Below, in pieces: positions 8,564 through 17,136 of a stretch of DNA of 64,000 bases. The first letter of the stretch is position 1; the number at the start of each line of letters is the position of its first letter. The notes beneath the pieces were generated by a model. That model had not been told where the DNA came from. It worked only from the letters and a program-made list of their open reading frames with translations, and did not search any database. Source of the DNA: a virus. The DNA lies in IMG/VR virus record IMGVR_UViG_3300037116_000081, positions 21,925 through 85,924 of that record. The stretch is one strand, 5' to 3'. The position numbers and the translations under genes were made by a program.

Positions 8564-8743
8564 GTGCCCGAAGAACTTGACGACACCAACGAACTCTGCC
8601 CTGAATGCGGAGAGTCGATTAATGAGTGCGAGTGCGACGACGACGATATTTGCTGTGAAGAGTGCGGAGAGCTGCTGGCTGAATGCATCTGCGATCCAGA
8701 CGAAGACGGCGAAGGAGACGAGGACAACGATGAAATCAGCTAA
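8564..8743 (+). CDS. very acidic Cys-rich small protein (two CxxC..CxC repeats)
   Basis: CPECGESINECEC / CEECGELLAECIC; Asp/Glu-rich. Confidence 0.6.
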   Translation: MPEELDDTNELCPECGESINECECDDDDICCEECGELLAECICDPDEDGEGDEDNDEIS

Positions 8744-8940
8744 CCCTTACATCGAAGTGAACCTTCAGATCGACTACGATCTACTCGAATCACAGCGCTG
8801 CTTGTGTGGCGACCACAAAACGATGGGGCAGAAGATGTGTAACGGCTGCTACGCGAGACTCCGCACGGGCCAGCAAGCCCAACTCGCGGCAATGCAGCCG
8901 GGGGACGGCGTTGCGAATGCAGTAGCAGGATTGGTGCGGC

Positions 8941-9168
8941 GTGGCTGATATCGTTCACATTGCCGCGATTCCCCAGGAGAAAGAGCAACGCTGCCTCCGT
9001 TGTCTGCGAAAGCTGATCGACATCGACCCGGTAACGCAAGCCAGCTTTACGCCCACAGCCTTCGTGATGCAAACAGCGGGCGGGCATTGCGAAATCCAAG
9101 AGTCGGACGCAGGGCCGGGACAGATCGCATGCAGGGGTCGGGGTAGGCCACGGGAGAAAAGCATATGA
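8941..9168 (+). CDS. small hypothetical Zn-finger protein
   Basis: CLRC motif; coupled with neighbouring genes. Confidence 0.5.
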   Translation: MADIVHIAAIPQEKEQRCLRCLRKLIDIDPVTQASFTPTAFVMQTAGGHCEIQESDAGPGQIACRGRGRPREKSI

Positions 9169-9578
9169 CGTGCCCGAAGTGCGGCGCGGAAGTCCCAGAA
9201 GGAAAGATCGCCTGCCAATGTTTCCTGGTGGCTGTCGATAACGAGATTGAAACGCGCGCGCTGAAAAACTTTGCGGAGGGTCCACCACACACTTCGCGCT
9301 TGTACCTGACAAGCTCCCCCTCTAGCGGCTACCACTTAATGCCGATGCCGCGGGACTGCTTGACGCTGTGTCGCAAGAAACGCTACGGCAGACCCGAGAC
9401 CCGCATAATCTTCGCCGACGAGATCCGGAAGAAAGGGCTCGATATCACAAGCGGAAAGAAACCCGATTGGTGCATGGGCTGTCTGATGAAAGCGCTTCAG
9501 AGCGCGAACGCGGGAAAGCCTCAGCCGGCGAAAGACAACTCCGAAGAGCGCCAACCCCAAAAGAGCCAATGCGAATAG
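9165..9578 (+). CDS. hypothetical Zn-ribbon protein
   Basis: CPKC..CQC, CMGC; GGAG SD. Confidence 0.6.
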   Translation: MTCPKCGAEVPEGKIACQCFLVAVDNEIETRALKNFAEGPPHTSRLYLTSSPSSGYHLMPMPRDCLTLCRKKRYGRPETRIIFADEIRKKGLDITSGKKPDWCMGCLMKALQSANAGKPQPAKDNSEERQPQKSQCE

Positions 9579-9962
9579 ATGTAACTCCTGGTGATGTTCA
9601 AGTAGCCTCAGTTGAGGTACGCCGGCATACTGGGGGGATCTACAGCGTCCAAATCCTGACGCCACACGAACGGCGGGCCGGATGCATCGCGCACGGATCA
9701 GTAACTGGCAAGAATGATCCGCGTTCCCAGATGGTCTACCTGTACGCCTTTGAGCCTGGTTTGGGCGTACTGAATGCCCCGACGCGAATTCTTTTCACGC
9801 CAGAATCAAACGATGAAGAAGAAGCTTTTTTACTAGGCCTCTTCGACGTACTGGACGATTGGTCGCGCTACACCGTGGCGCTCATTGCAATCCCGGCTTC
9901 AGTACTTGAAGAAGCTGAAGAAGCAGGAAGCTGGGAGCCACAAGGGCCAGTGGACTACTTGG

Positions 9963-10637
9963 CTACCTGAGACCCGAGATCCGTTCCAGCAATCCCATGA
10001 TCCTGTCCAGCTTGTCTATTATACATTCGCGCTCCTCTGAGCTGTCTTTCGTCGGCTGTTCCTTTTCCGCGTTCGCGCGCTGAGGCGGCACGGCGAACGC
10101 GGCGCTAGCCCTGAGATTGGGCAACACGTCCCCCTGTGAGTTGCCGGGGAAGTGTGGGCCGTCGTGTCCGACGTCGTACCCACACCGAATAATCCGCGCC
10201 CAATCATTCTGAAACCCAGCAGAACCGTGAGGAGTTGAGTAGAAGTACGGGCACTGTTCACGGTGCTTGGCGCATCCAGCAACACCAGGACAGTCGGGCT
10301 GATCATTGTACATTCGCGGGCCGGCATTCCCGCAAATTCCGCATGGCGAATCCGCATATGCTGAATGGGCTCCTGAGTGGCCATTATTCAACTCGCATGA
10401 ATTCCCGCCCATGGTGTCCCTCCCGCACTTTTCACGCGGCATAGCGCCCTCCTTGTTTACTAACTTGTGTGGACCGTAATGCCCTTCGACCATGACACAA
10501 CCCGTCTCGTGGCACCGCACCAACGGAGTGAATATGTGCTCTCCGTCATGGCCCCGATGGACCCTACATTGCGTGGTGCCTTCGTAGACCCCGCAACGCG
10601 CTGGATCATGCGGCATAGCGCCCTCCTTGCTGTCCAA
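9963..10637 (-). CDS. hypothetical protein with four C-x4-GH-x-G-x-H repeats
   Basis: CRVHRGHDGEH, CVMVEGHYGPH, CELNNGHSGAH, CGYDVGHDGPH; internal KEGAMP duplication. Confidence 0.6.
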   Translation of the reverse strand: MDSKEGAMPHDPARCGVYEGTTQCRVHRGHDGEHIFTPLVRCHETGCVMVEGHYGPHKLVNKEGAMPREKCGRDTMGGNSCELNNGHSGAHSAYADSPCGICGNAGPRMYNDQPDCPGVAGCAKHREQCPYFYSTPHGSAGFQNDWARIIRCGYDVGHDGPHFPGNSQGDVLPNLRASAAFAVPPQRANAEKEQPTKDSSEERECIIDKLDRIMGLLERISGLR

Positions 10638-11160
10638 TATACACCGAGATCCCGAGACTCTTGATGTCCGAAGGTGCGAACCTCACAGTATAGCCGATCG
10701 ACTTCCCGAAGGTCTCAGCAGCAGCGGCAGCGGCTACAGCGGTCTTTAGCGCGTCTTCGAGCCGGGTAGGAGGAATAGACGTTGGGATACCGTCCAAGGG
10801 CTCAGATTGGTCAAGAATCGTTGCTATGGCTGTTTTAGGAGCTATCTTCGTCTCGTGCGGCAATGGAGTAGCCGCACGTTGGGCCCCGTTGGCTATCCAG
10901 TTGAAAGTACGCCCGTTCTGGTGTTTCGTGATAGTAAACGGCTGTCCGGGCCTTACGCCCAGGTCTTCGATCTGTGGGCCTACTAACAGTGGCGTGTACA
11001 GCAAGTCACCGTTTGAGAGTATCCAGCGGAGCTGATCTCCCCAGGTGCCGGGCACTAGTTTCCCGGTCGGGTACCTCAGTGCGATGGTGTAGGGCTTGTT
11101 CGGCTCCAACTTTAGGATTGGCATGTTAGCGGCGAGCCCTTTCGAGTTCATCTTCAGCAT
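10606..11160 (-). CDS. hypothetical protein, possibly OB-fold/SSB-like
   Basis: Long ORF with a putative TTGACG promoter upstream; start uncertain. Confidence 0.45.
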   Translation of the reverse strand: MLKMNSKGLAANMPILKLEPNKPYTIALRYPTGKLVPGTWGDQLRWILSNGDLLYTPLLVGPQIEDLGVRPGQPFTITKHQNGRTFNWIANGAQRAATPLPHETKIAPKTAIATILDQSEPLDGIPTSIPPTRLEDALKTAVAAAAAAETFGKSIGYTVRFAPSDIKSLGISVYIGQQGGRYAA

Positions 11161-11407
11161 CGTCTTCTTCTTCGACCGGATCGGCCGCGCGGCTTTGTGC
11201 TTGGCTGTGATCTTCAAATCGCCTCTGCTGGTCGCGTGAATAACGGTAAGCGTCCTGTGCGTCAATCGCTCTTTGTTGTTCTAACCATGTTTGCATCATG
11301 GTTAAGTTTCGCCCGCAGACGTTGGGCGCGTCACTGGATCGAAGGTACCGAAATGAAAGGCGAAGATGCCTATGCCAAATCAGGTGTTTGTCCTAGTACC
11401 GAATCCT

Positions 11408-11442
11408 CAGGGCGCTGCATTCCAGAGCAGCGCGAGACGCAG
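11408..11442 (-). repeat. left-end hairpin L5 (minus: GCGCTGC-TCTGGAAT-GCAGCGC) in mini-ORF MIFLRLALLWNAAP; no partner found
   Basis: 7-bp stem, conserved loop, CGTCTC flank. Confidence 0.8.
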
Positions 11443-11447
11443 AAAAA

Positions 11448-11795
11448 TCATAAGCGAGTGAACGTAATCTGATCTCCTACTTCTGTTGAAAGTGCTCCCC
11501 CAGAAGGAAGCTCAAGCACAGAATTGGAGCCGGATACTTCGGCGATTCTGAACCCAGGCGGTGCCGCAACATGCTGAAGCACGCGCCCGCGATTGTCCAG
11601 GTACAGCACGTCAATCGGAAACTTCATCCCCACCGTATGAACGCTCTGGCACTTCAAAATCAGCAAGCCTTCGCCGGCCTGCATCGACGTTCGATCGAGT
11701 AGCCCGCGCGTTCGTTCCTGATCTGATTGAGCTACTTTACAGACTGAACAGAGGAGTATTTGTTTGGTTTGATTGAATACTCTAAGGTGGGCCAC
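11448..11795 (-). CDS. DUF192 family protein
   Basis: ERTRGLL, GEGLLI, VHTVGMKFPIDVLYLD and VLELPSG motifs. Confidence 0.85.
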   Translation of the reverse strand: MAHLRVFNQTKQILLCSVCKVAQSDQERTRGLLDRTSMQAGEGLLILKCQSVHTVGMKFPIDVLYLDNRGRVLQHVAAPPGFRIAEVSGSNSVLELPSGGALSTEVGDQITFTRL

Positions 11796-11800
11796 TTCAA

Positions 11801-11851
11801 TTTCCAGGAGTTATCGGCAGGGCACTGGAGTAGCCCTGCCCAAGAGGTTGG
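11801..11851 (-). repeat. right-end hairpin R5 (minus: GGCAGGGC-TACTCCAGT-GCCCTGCC)
   Basis: Near copy of R3, including the downstream CCTGGAA. Confidence 0.85.
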
Positions 11852-11864
11852 ACGGTCGTAGAGC

Positions 11865-12251
11865 TCACTGATAATCATCCTCGTCTCCTGAGTGCAACTG
11901 GCGGTCAGGGATTACCGGAATGTATATATTGAGCGGTTCAGGGCGAATCGTAGCGGCAACCGTGCGCGCTACGCCTTCAGATACAAGAGTGATCGAATAC
12001 ACAGCGCCGTTCCCAAAAAACTTGGTAAACGCGGGCATCGCGGATTCCTCGGGACGTCGCGCTGGCAACTCCGGAACATCGACGCGCACGAAGTTACATC
12101 CACCGATTGCGAACTCGGAAACCTTGCCGGCGTATTTTTGATGTCCAAAGATTTCGATAATCGCCCATGCTTCAAAAGCAGCGGGGGACGGTTGAGCAGG
12201 TTCGCCTACCCGTCCCCCTTTGGGGTGTTGAACTTGTTTGCGAGTGCCCAT
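11865..12251 (-). CDS. conserved phage hypothetical protein, paralog of 7299-7676
   Basis: Sequence alignment by eye. Confidence 0.8.
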   Translation of the reverse strand: MGTRKQVQHPKGGRVGEPAQPSPAAFEAWAIIEIFGHQKYAGKVSEFAIGGCNFVRVDVPELPARRPEESAMPAFTKFFGNGAVYSITLVSEGVARTVAATIRPEPLNIYIPVIPDRQLHSGDEDDYQ

Positions 12252-12260
12252 TTTTCATAA

Positions 12261-12298
12261 CTCCCAACGTCCTGCATTCCAGAGCAGGACGAAACGAA
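12261..12298 (-). repeat. left-end hairpin L6 (minus: CGTCCTGC-TCTGGAAT-GCAGGACG-TTGGGAG)
   Basis: 8-bp stem; in-frame IRFVLLWN in a mini-ORF. Confidence 0.85.
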
Positions 12299-12463
12299 TA
12301 AATCCCCGCGCCCGGCTCCGTTTCACCTTTTCTGATCACCCCCCGGTAATTTTCAAGGGAAGCGGAGCCAGACACGAGACGCCCCGAATCTCCGCCGCTC
12401 GGGACCACGCGGGTTGCAATCGACGCTCGCCCGGCTAAGGTTGCGGCGCCGATCCGGAACTTG

Positions 12464-13036
12464 TTAAAGCTTCTTAGCAGCCTTGGCTGTCGCTTGGGCT
12501 GCTGTGGTCGTCGCGGTGGTACTCGTAACGGGCGTCGCGACTCCGAACAAATCACCAACCGCCGTCGCTGCTGTCGGTGACACAGTAACGGTATCGGTCA
12601 ACGTTTCCGCCGTCGATCCGTCCTTGTTGAGCACCGTCACTGTACAACTGATGGGGACATTCGGCTGCGCGGGAGCGGAAGGCGTCGATACCACACCGCT
12701 AAGCATGGTGAAAGTGCCAGCCGGAACCGAAGCTGTAGCATCTGCCGGCCGCACCGCTACGGGTGATGCGTCAGGCGTCAACGCGACGGTGGCAGGGTCC
12801 GCCGATACAGCGCTAATGGTTTGACCAGGGCCGAGCAACGCGCCAAGAAACGGAGCGGTGCCGAAAATGTAGAAATTGTCTGTGTCCCCTACGGGAAGAA
12901 TCAATGGCATATTTTCTCCTTTTGACTTTGAAAACAGAATGCCGATCCGACTTGGAACCGGGTTAATTAACCGTCGAAGCTCCTTGAGTATTTCTCTTTC
13001 AAGCTCAAGAATTTCTCTAAGCTCTGCGGGCCACAT
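12464..13036 (-). CDS. Pro/Thr/Ala-rich Ig-like protein with N-terminal extension; paralog of 22621-23097
   Basis: Shared MPLILP.GDT..YIFGTAPFLGALLGPGQTIS sequence. Confidence 0.7.
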   Translation of the reverse strand: MWPAELREILELEREILKELRRLINPVPSRIGILFSKSKGENMPLILPVGDTDNFYIFGTAPFLGALLGPGQTISAVSADPATVALTPDASPVAVRPADATASVPAGTFTMLSGVVSTPSAPAQPNVPISCTVTVLNKDGSTAETLTDTVTVSPTAATAVGDLFGVATPVTSTTATTTAAQATAKAAKKL

Positions 13037-13038
13037 TT

Positions 13039-13257
13039 CTAGGCCGTGGGTGTTGCGGGCTTCGCCGCGGCGGTTTTTGCCGCTATCGCTGCCTGAAGTC
13101 CTTGAATGGCCGTCATGGCCGCAGTGTCATTGACGTCCGCCTGGGCGAGCACCATAATGGTAGTGCTGCCGTCCGGATGCACCAAGCTAAGAATCAGGTT
13201 CACGATCCCCGGAGCCTGACCGATCAATGTTGTGATGATTGGCAATATCAAGCCCAT
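13039..13257 (-). CDS. small amphipathic membrane protein; paralog of 23250-23465
   Basis: Paralogy and operon coupling. Confidence 0.65.
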   Translation of the reverse strand: MGLILPIITTLIGQAPGIVNLILSLVHPDGSTTIMVLAQADVNDTAAMTAIQGLQAAIAAKTAAAKPATPTA

Positions 13258-13737
13258 TTATGTCCCCACCTTTGCTTGGATTATTTGGAGCGTCACCACG
13301 AGACTGCTCAGCGCTGTCGTGATAGCCACCTTTGCGGCCGCGTTTTTGATATTGAAAACATCCCCGGAGGTGATCGACGCCTGCGCCTCTTGAATGATTG
13401 GGGTGATAATCGCCGCTATCGAGGTATTCCCCGCAGCCGCGAGCGTACTGATGGCTTTGGTTGCCGTCACAGCGCGCACATTGGCGTTGATGATGTCCGT
13501 CAGGAGCGCCGCTACCCTAGTTCCTTCAGCCGGCGTCATAGCGCCCTGGTTCACCAACGCCGTGCTCGTGTTGGCAACGATCGTCACGCCTTGGGGAATG
13601 GCCACTTCGGCATTGGCCACAATCTGAAGCGGTGTGAGCGCAGGCGCGCCGACCGAGCCTACTTTCGCGCATCCAGTCAACGCCACGAAAAAGATGAGCG
13701 GCAGGATCAGTGCCGCACGATGAAATTTAATAGGCAT
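13258..13737 (-). CDS. lipoprotein (LTG-C lipobox), helical; paralog of 23467-23959
   Basis: Signal peptide II pattern. Confidence 0.75.
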   Translation of the reverse strand: MPIKFHRAALILPLIFFVALTGCAKVGSVGAPALTPLQIVANAEVAIPQGVTIVANTSTALVNQGAMTPAEGTRVAALLTDIINANVRAVTATKAISTLAAAGNTSIAAIITPIIQEAQASITSGDVFNIKNAAAKVAITTALSSLVVTLQIIQAKVGT

Positions 13738-13738
13738 G

Positions 13739-14095
13739 TTAGCTCAGTACGTTTTGAATGCTCTCGCCGTTTGCCACGCGCACGATGATCATTCCTGCCG
13801 CCTCGTAGTTCCCAAAGGCTTCGATCCAGATTTGCAGGTACAGCAAATCGTTCGCCGGGTCCACTCCGAGCGTGGTCAGGTCTTGGTTCGGGTCCACCCA
13901 CGGGGCCGAGCCGTTATTCTGTGTGGTGTTGAGCGGGCACATGAGGTTTTGGCCCCCACCCGTTTCGTTAGCGAAGAGCGCGATCGGTTGGCCTTTGTCG
14001 ATACCGGCCGCGACGATTGAAGCTATCAGGGCTTGCGCCGCGTTCACGGTCACATTCAGCGAAGCGCGCCCCGCTGTGAATCCTTGAGTGTTCAT
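13739..14095 (-). CDS. hypothetical protein; paralog of 23961-24308
   Basis: SD AAGGAG; shared RASLN, PW.D..Q.L..LGV and YLQIW. Confidence 0.7.
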   Translation of the reverse strand: MNTQGFTAGRASLNVTVNAAQALIASIVAAGIDKGQPIALFANETGGGQNLMCPLNTTQNNGSAPWVDPNQDLTTLGVDPANDLLYLQIWIEAFGNYEAAGMIIVRVANGESIQNVLS

Positions 14096-14136
14096 GTATT
14101 TCTCCTTTTTATTTTACCGCTACCAGGTTCTCAACC

Positions 14137-14164
14137 ATCATACTGCAATTCAGATAAGAAGCAA
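14137..14164 (-). promoter_or_regulatory. promoter TTGCTT-16-TATGAT for the four-gene lipoprotein module
   Basis: Positional equivalent of the promoter at 24328-24358. Confidence 0.5.
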
Positions 14165-14185
14165 GTACCGGAGCGTACCAGGACC

Positions 14186-14356
14186 TTACTCCGTTTCGCG
14201 CTGAACTGGGGTTTCAGCGCGTGAGGATTTGCGGGCACGCCACCACAGTTCTGGATCTCCGCTGCGATTCTTGTGCCATTTACCTTTGTGCCCCTTAGGG
14301 AGCGAGCATTGAGTGCCCCCACGCTTTCCGAACTCAGTTGAACGGCAACGCCTCAC
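14186..14356 (-). CDS. 56-aa cassette cargo (CSLPKGHKGKWH motif) ending in RAETPVQRETE
   Basis: Not in the ORF track; GTG start 6 nt after the hairpin-derived GGAGG. Confidence 0.65.
   Translation of the reverse strand: MRRCRSTEFGKRGGTQCSLPKGHKGKWHKNRSGDPELWWRARKSSRAETPVQRETE
14192..14222 (-). repeat. right-end hairpin C1 (plus: CGTTT-CGCGCTGAA-CTGGGGT-TTCAGCGCG)
   Basis: 9-bp perfect stem. Confidence 0.9.
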
Positions 14357-14436
14357 GATTGACCTCCCAACGTGCTGCTACTCCAGATTGACCTCCCAAC
14401 GTGCTGCTACTCCTACTCCAGTGCAGCACGAGACGA
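14357..14436 (-). repeat. left-end hairpin L7 with a partial tandem duplication and duplicated loop bases
   Basis: GATTGACCTCCCAACGTGCTGCTACTCC occurs twice, then TACTCCAGTGCAGCACGAGACG. Confidence 0.85.
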
Positions 14437-14444
14437 ATATAACC

Positions 14445-15278
14445 TCACAGAAATCTTTGATTGACCCAGCTCTGTACTCCATCCAGAAACTCAATTGGCC
14501 CAAAAGGCGTCTCCTGCGTTTTCCCGCATTCGTAATCCCAAACAGGCTCCCAGAGCTGAACCGATAACAGATCCCGCAAGTCCCGCTCAATCTCCGCGCT
14601 GTGCGTTGCGATGTGCAAGCGCTTCACTTTCGCGTTGAGGTCATCCAGCCCTGCGCGGATCACGAGGTATTCCTGGCCCTGTATGTCCACGTCGATCACA
14701 TCGACTAACTGGTGAGGGCGCAGAAGATCGGCCAACGTGACGGTTTCAGTTGTTAGCCCTTCTTCATTGAGCGTAGCTATCCGTTGTCCGTACCACTCAG
14801 CCGGCCGGCCAGTCAGAAAGAGACATTCGCCCGGTGTGTCCGATACTGCGGCTTCGACTAATGTCGGAATGATGCAAGGCGCTATGCCGAGTCCGTTATC
14901 TCGGCAATGTTGCAACATCCATTGGTAATGCGTGGGCTCCGCCTCCACCGCTACCAATCGGGTTCGCTCTAGCCCAGCCGCAAACGCCGCCCGCACAGAC
15001 CAGCGGCCATATCCGGCGCCCAGCTCCATGAACGTATAAATTTCGTTCGCGGCCTGCACGGATTCCAGTAGATCAATCCACTCAAAGTACTCTTCGTTGA
15101 ACGCAGGAAGCCCAGCTACTCCTACGGCGCCCGGCCCTTCCCTCGTTGTCTGCGCGGTGAATTCCGCCCGCGAAACAGTTCCGAGGAAGCTGTCACTTAG
15201 AAAAACAGGATTGCCCCACATGCGTAGAGGAGCCGGCTTCCGCACGAAATGAGAGAAGACTGGGTGATGTTCAGGCAT
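14445..15278 (-). CDS. FkbM-family SAM methyltransferase
   Basis: FMELGAGYG, VAVEAEP and VDIQGQE motifs. Confidence 0.85.
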   Translation of the reverse strand: MPEHHPVFSHFVRKPAPLRMWGNPVFLSDSFLGTVSRAEFTAQTTREGPGAVGVAGLPAFNEEYFEWIDLLESVQAANEIYTFMELGAGYGRWSVRAAFAAGLERTRLVAVEAEPTHYQWMLQHCRDNGLGIAPCIIPTLVEAAVSDTPGECLFLTGRPAEWYGQRIATLNEEGLTTETVTLADLLRPHQLVDVIDVDIQGQEYLVIRAGLDDLNAKVKRLHIATHSAEIERDLRDLLSVQLWEPVWDYECGKTQETPFGPIEFLDGVQSWVNQRFL

Positions 15279-15281
15279 TGC

Positions 15282-15605
15282 TCAAATCGATTCCCAAAAC
15301 GATTCCCTTGTCTTGAATGGAGGAGACTCAACATTTTCCGTCCCGCGCTGAACTGGGGTTTCAGCGCGTTGAGCACTCATCCACTTACTGAGGGCCTTCG
15401 ATGCGCAGGGTTCGGAGCAGATGTGTTTTTCTACTGTGTCGTCACCCGCGTTTACAACCGTCGTATCCCATGGGATTAATATAAAGACATCGGCGATCAA
15501 CAAGCTCGGCGTTCGCTGTTGCGCGTACGGCCTTAACCTCCACCAGTGATTCGATTCCTGCTTTTGCTTCCCGCACCCATCGCACGAGTAGACTTCGGAT
15601 TTCAT
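15282..15605 (-). CDS. Zn-finger hypothetical protein; C-terminal part encoded by hairpin C2
   Basis: CDGC...HICSEPC; RAETPVQRGTE. Confidence 0.7.
   Translation of the reverse strand: MKSEVYSCDGCGKQKQESNHWWRLRPYAQQRTPSLLIADVFILIPWDTTVVNAGDDTVEKHICSEPCASKALSKWMSAQRAETPVQRGTENVESPPFKTRESFWESI
15339..15372 (-). repeat. right-end hairpin C2
   Basis: CGCGCTGAA-CTGGGGT-TTCAGCGCG. Confidence 0.9.
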
Positions 15606-15895
15606 TCCGCCATCCGTCCTTTACAGAACTCGCGATGCGCTCCCCGCTGGCCCTGAAGCAACATCACTTCCACGCAATTACAGCACAGCCCCGCGTGTTC
15701 ATCATTCGCGCCTGCGCTCAGTAGCGCGCCGCACTTCCGGCAATTGTGTGGTTCAAACAGCGGACGGAGACGCGTTCCCAGGTCCCTACAGAATCGCGCG
15801 AACTGAAACGGATCAGAAACAGCCAATCCCAAACCAAGCAACGCGAGCAGAGGGAAGAACAACACCAGGCCGACGTAATTGAATGCGCGTCTCAT
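15602..15895 (-). CDS. TM plus Zn-finger hypothetical protein
   Basis: N-terminal TM, CRKC..CCNC; ATGA coupling. Confidence 0.6.
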   Translation of the reverse strand: MRRAFNYVGLVLFFPLLALLGLGLAVSDPFQFARFCRDLGTRLRPLFEPHNCRKCGALLSAGANDEHAGLCCNCVEVMLLQGQRGAHREFCKGRMAE

Positions 15896-16077
15896 ATTGG
15901 CCTCGCTATTACATCGTGGCTATAATGGTCCCACCAGAAATCATGAAAGCGACTCGCGTTCAACTCGCCGGCATCGGCTTTTAGCTGATCGAAGTCGGGC
16001 TCGAGCAACTCCTGTTCTGACGTGGCAACAAGCGAAGGGAACGCGAGCGAGCACGATTTACAGAACAGTTCGAACAT
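15892..16077 (-). CDS. small hypothetical protein
   Basis: Coupled ORF with CKSC..H motif. Confidence 0.5.
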   Translation of the reverse strand: MFELFCKSCSLAFPSLVATSEQELLEPDFDQLKADAGELNASRFHDFWWDHYSHDVIARPI

Positions 16078-16719
16078 TTACGCGGCCCTTCGGCTCTTCC
16101 CCACGCCTGCGTTCACGTGAGCCAGCGCGGTTTTGAAAAGCTCATCGAAAGATTGCCCGTCTTTGCCGGCCGCGAGTACGGCCTCCTGCGCTTCAGCAAA
16201 AGGAACTTTCAGATTGCAGAGAGCAGAGAGCACATCTTGATGAACTGAAGAAAGCATTTCGCGGTATTGTACTACACTTCCACGTTTTGCGTTTCGCGCT
16301 GCACTGGAGTTGCAGCGCGTTGGGAGTTCTTTCCCGAAAACTTTGGCAGGACCTCCCACAGTTGCCCGGTTAGGCGACGTACCCGACCATTTCTGGCTGT
16401 GACTTACCCGTCCCTGTTGTGCCTGGACGCCGATGGATTCAGATTTCTCTGAACGGACGGACTCGCTCATCTCAAGGTCCTGGGTCTTGCGACCGCGCTT
16501 ATATGCGCCACTACTCCAGTGTGGCGCAAGACGAAAACTATCGAGATTCAAAAAGAGCCGGGCAACCTTACTGCAACCGATTGCCCGGACAAGAAGTACA
16601 TGCGAAATTACAGATACTCCAAAGCCTATCAGAAACATCCACCCAGGTAAAGAGCGAGTCGCAACCACGCAGAGGGAAACCAGGGCGACACCAGCGAGGA
16701 AGCTGTAGGCGTGTTTCAT
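16078..16719 (-). CDS. membrane protein with C-terminal RuvA domain III-like module
   Basis: Two N-terminal TMs; DVLSALCNL...EAQEAV......FDELFKTAL. Confidence 0.6.
   Translation of the reverse strand: MKHAYSFLAGVALVSLCVVATRSLPGWMFLIGFGVSVISHVLLVRAIGCSKVARLFLNLDSFRLAPHWSSGAYKRGRKTQDLEMSESVRSEKSESIGVQAQQGRVSHSQKWSGTSPNRATVGGPAKVFGKELPTRCNSSAARNAKRGSVVQYREMLSSVHQDVLSALCNLKVPFAEAQEAVLAAGKDGQSFDELFKTALAHVNAGVGKSRRAA
16290..16326 (+). repeat. hairpin-family member inside a CDS (CGTTT-CGCGCTGCA-CTGGAGT-TGCAGCGCG-TTGGGAG)
   Basis: 9-bp perfect stem with full L-type flanks, inverted relative to local transcription. Confidence 0.85.
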
Positions 16720-17021
16720 TTTAACACCTCAGCATTTTCCGTCTCGCGCTGAATTGGAGTCGGATCGTCAGGCAGAAGTTCCAGTTCGTTTAGCTCGAAT
16801 GGTATCGCCCCGCCGAGCATCATCTTGGGACCGAAGACCTCAAAGATATTCCAGAGCTGAGTTTCGATCAAGCCATCCCGCCAGCCGGAATAGACTGCGT
16901 CACAATATTTTTCCCCATCCTGGATGTGGCCGAACACCACACGCGAATAGAAATTAACGAGGATGTTTTGCCCGTGTCTGTTGAGCTTCACCCGGACTCG
17001 TCGGTTAAGGTTGATCTTCAT
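16716..17021 (-). CDS. conserved phage hypothetical protein; ends across half-hairpin C3 (16740-16760)
   Basis: INLNRRVRVKL..G...QLW..F.VFG; ends TPIQRETE. Confidence 0.7.
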   Translation of the reverse strand: MKINLNRRVRVKLNRHGQNILVNFYSRVVFGHIQDGEKYCDAVYSGWRDGLIETQLWNIFEVFGPKMMLGGAIPFELNELELLPDDPTPIQRETENAEVLK

Positions 17022-17095
17022 GATTTATTTTGTCCCGAAACCAGCCACAAAACAAGTAACCAAAGTACCATTCTTGTCGTAGTACGAAATCCCTA

Positions 17096-17125
17096 TGTGC
17101 TGCATTCCAGGGCAGCACAAGACGC
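17096..17125 (-). repeat. left-end hairpin L8 (minus: TGTGCTGC-CCTGGAAT-GCAGCACA)
   Basis: 8-bp stem, conserved loop. Confidence 0.85.
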
Positions 17126-17136
17126 AACCTGCCCAG

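Noticed and set aside
11282-11304. Inverted repeat TAACCATG-TTTGCAT-CATGGTTA as a hairpin-family member
   Set aside because: The loop and flanks do not match the family. It is more likely a single operator near the TTGACG promoter.
7299-12251. Paralog pairs as DGR template/variable repeats
   Set aside because: Differences are not adenine-specific and no reverse transcriptase is present.
14131-14322. 63-aa ORF from the track
   Set aside because: The alternative frame 14186-14356 has an SD, a recurring His/Cys motif and the shared C-terminal tag.
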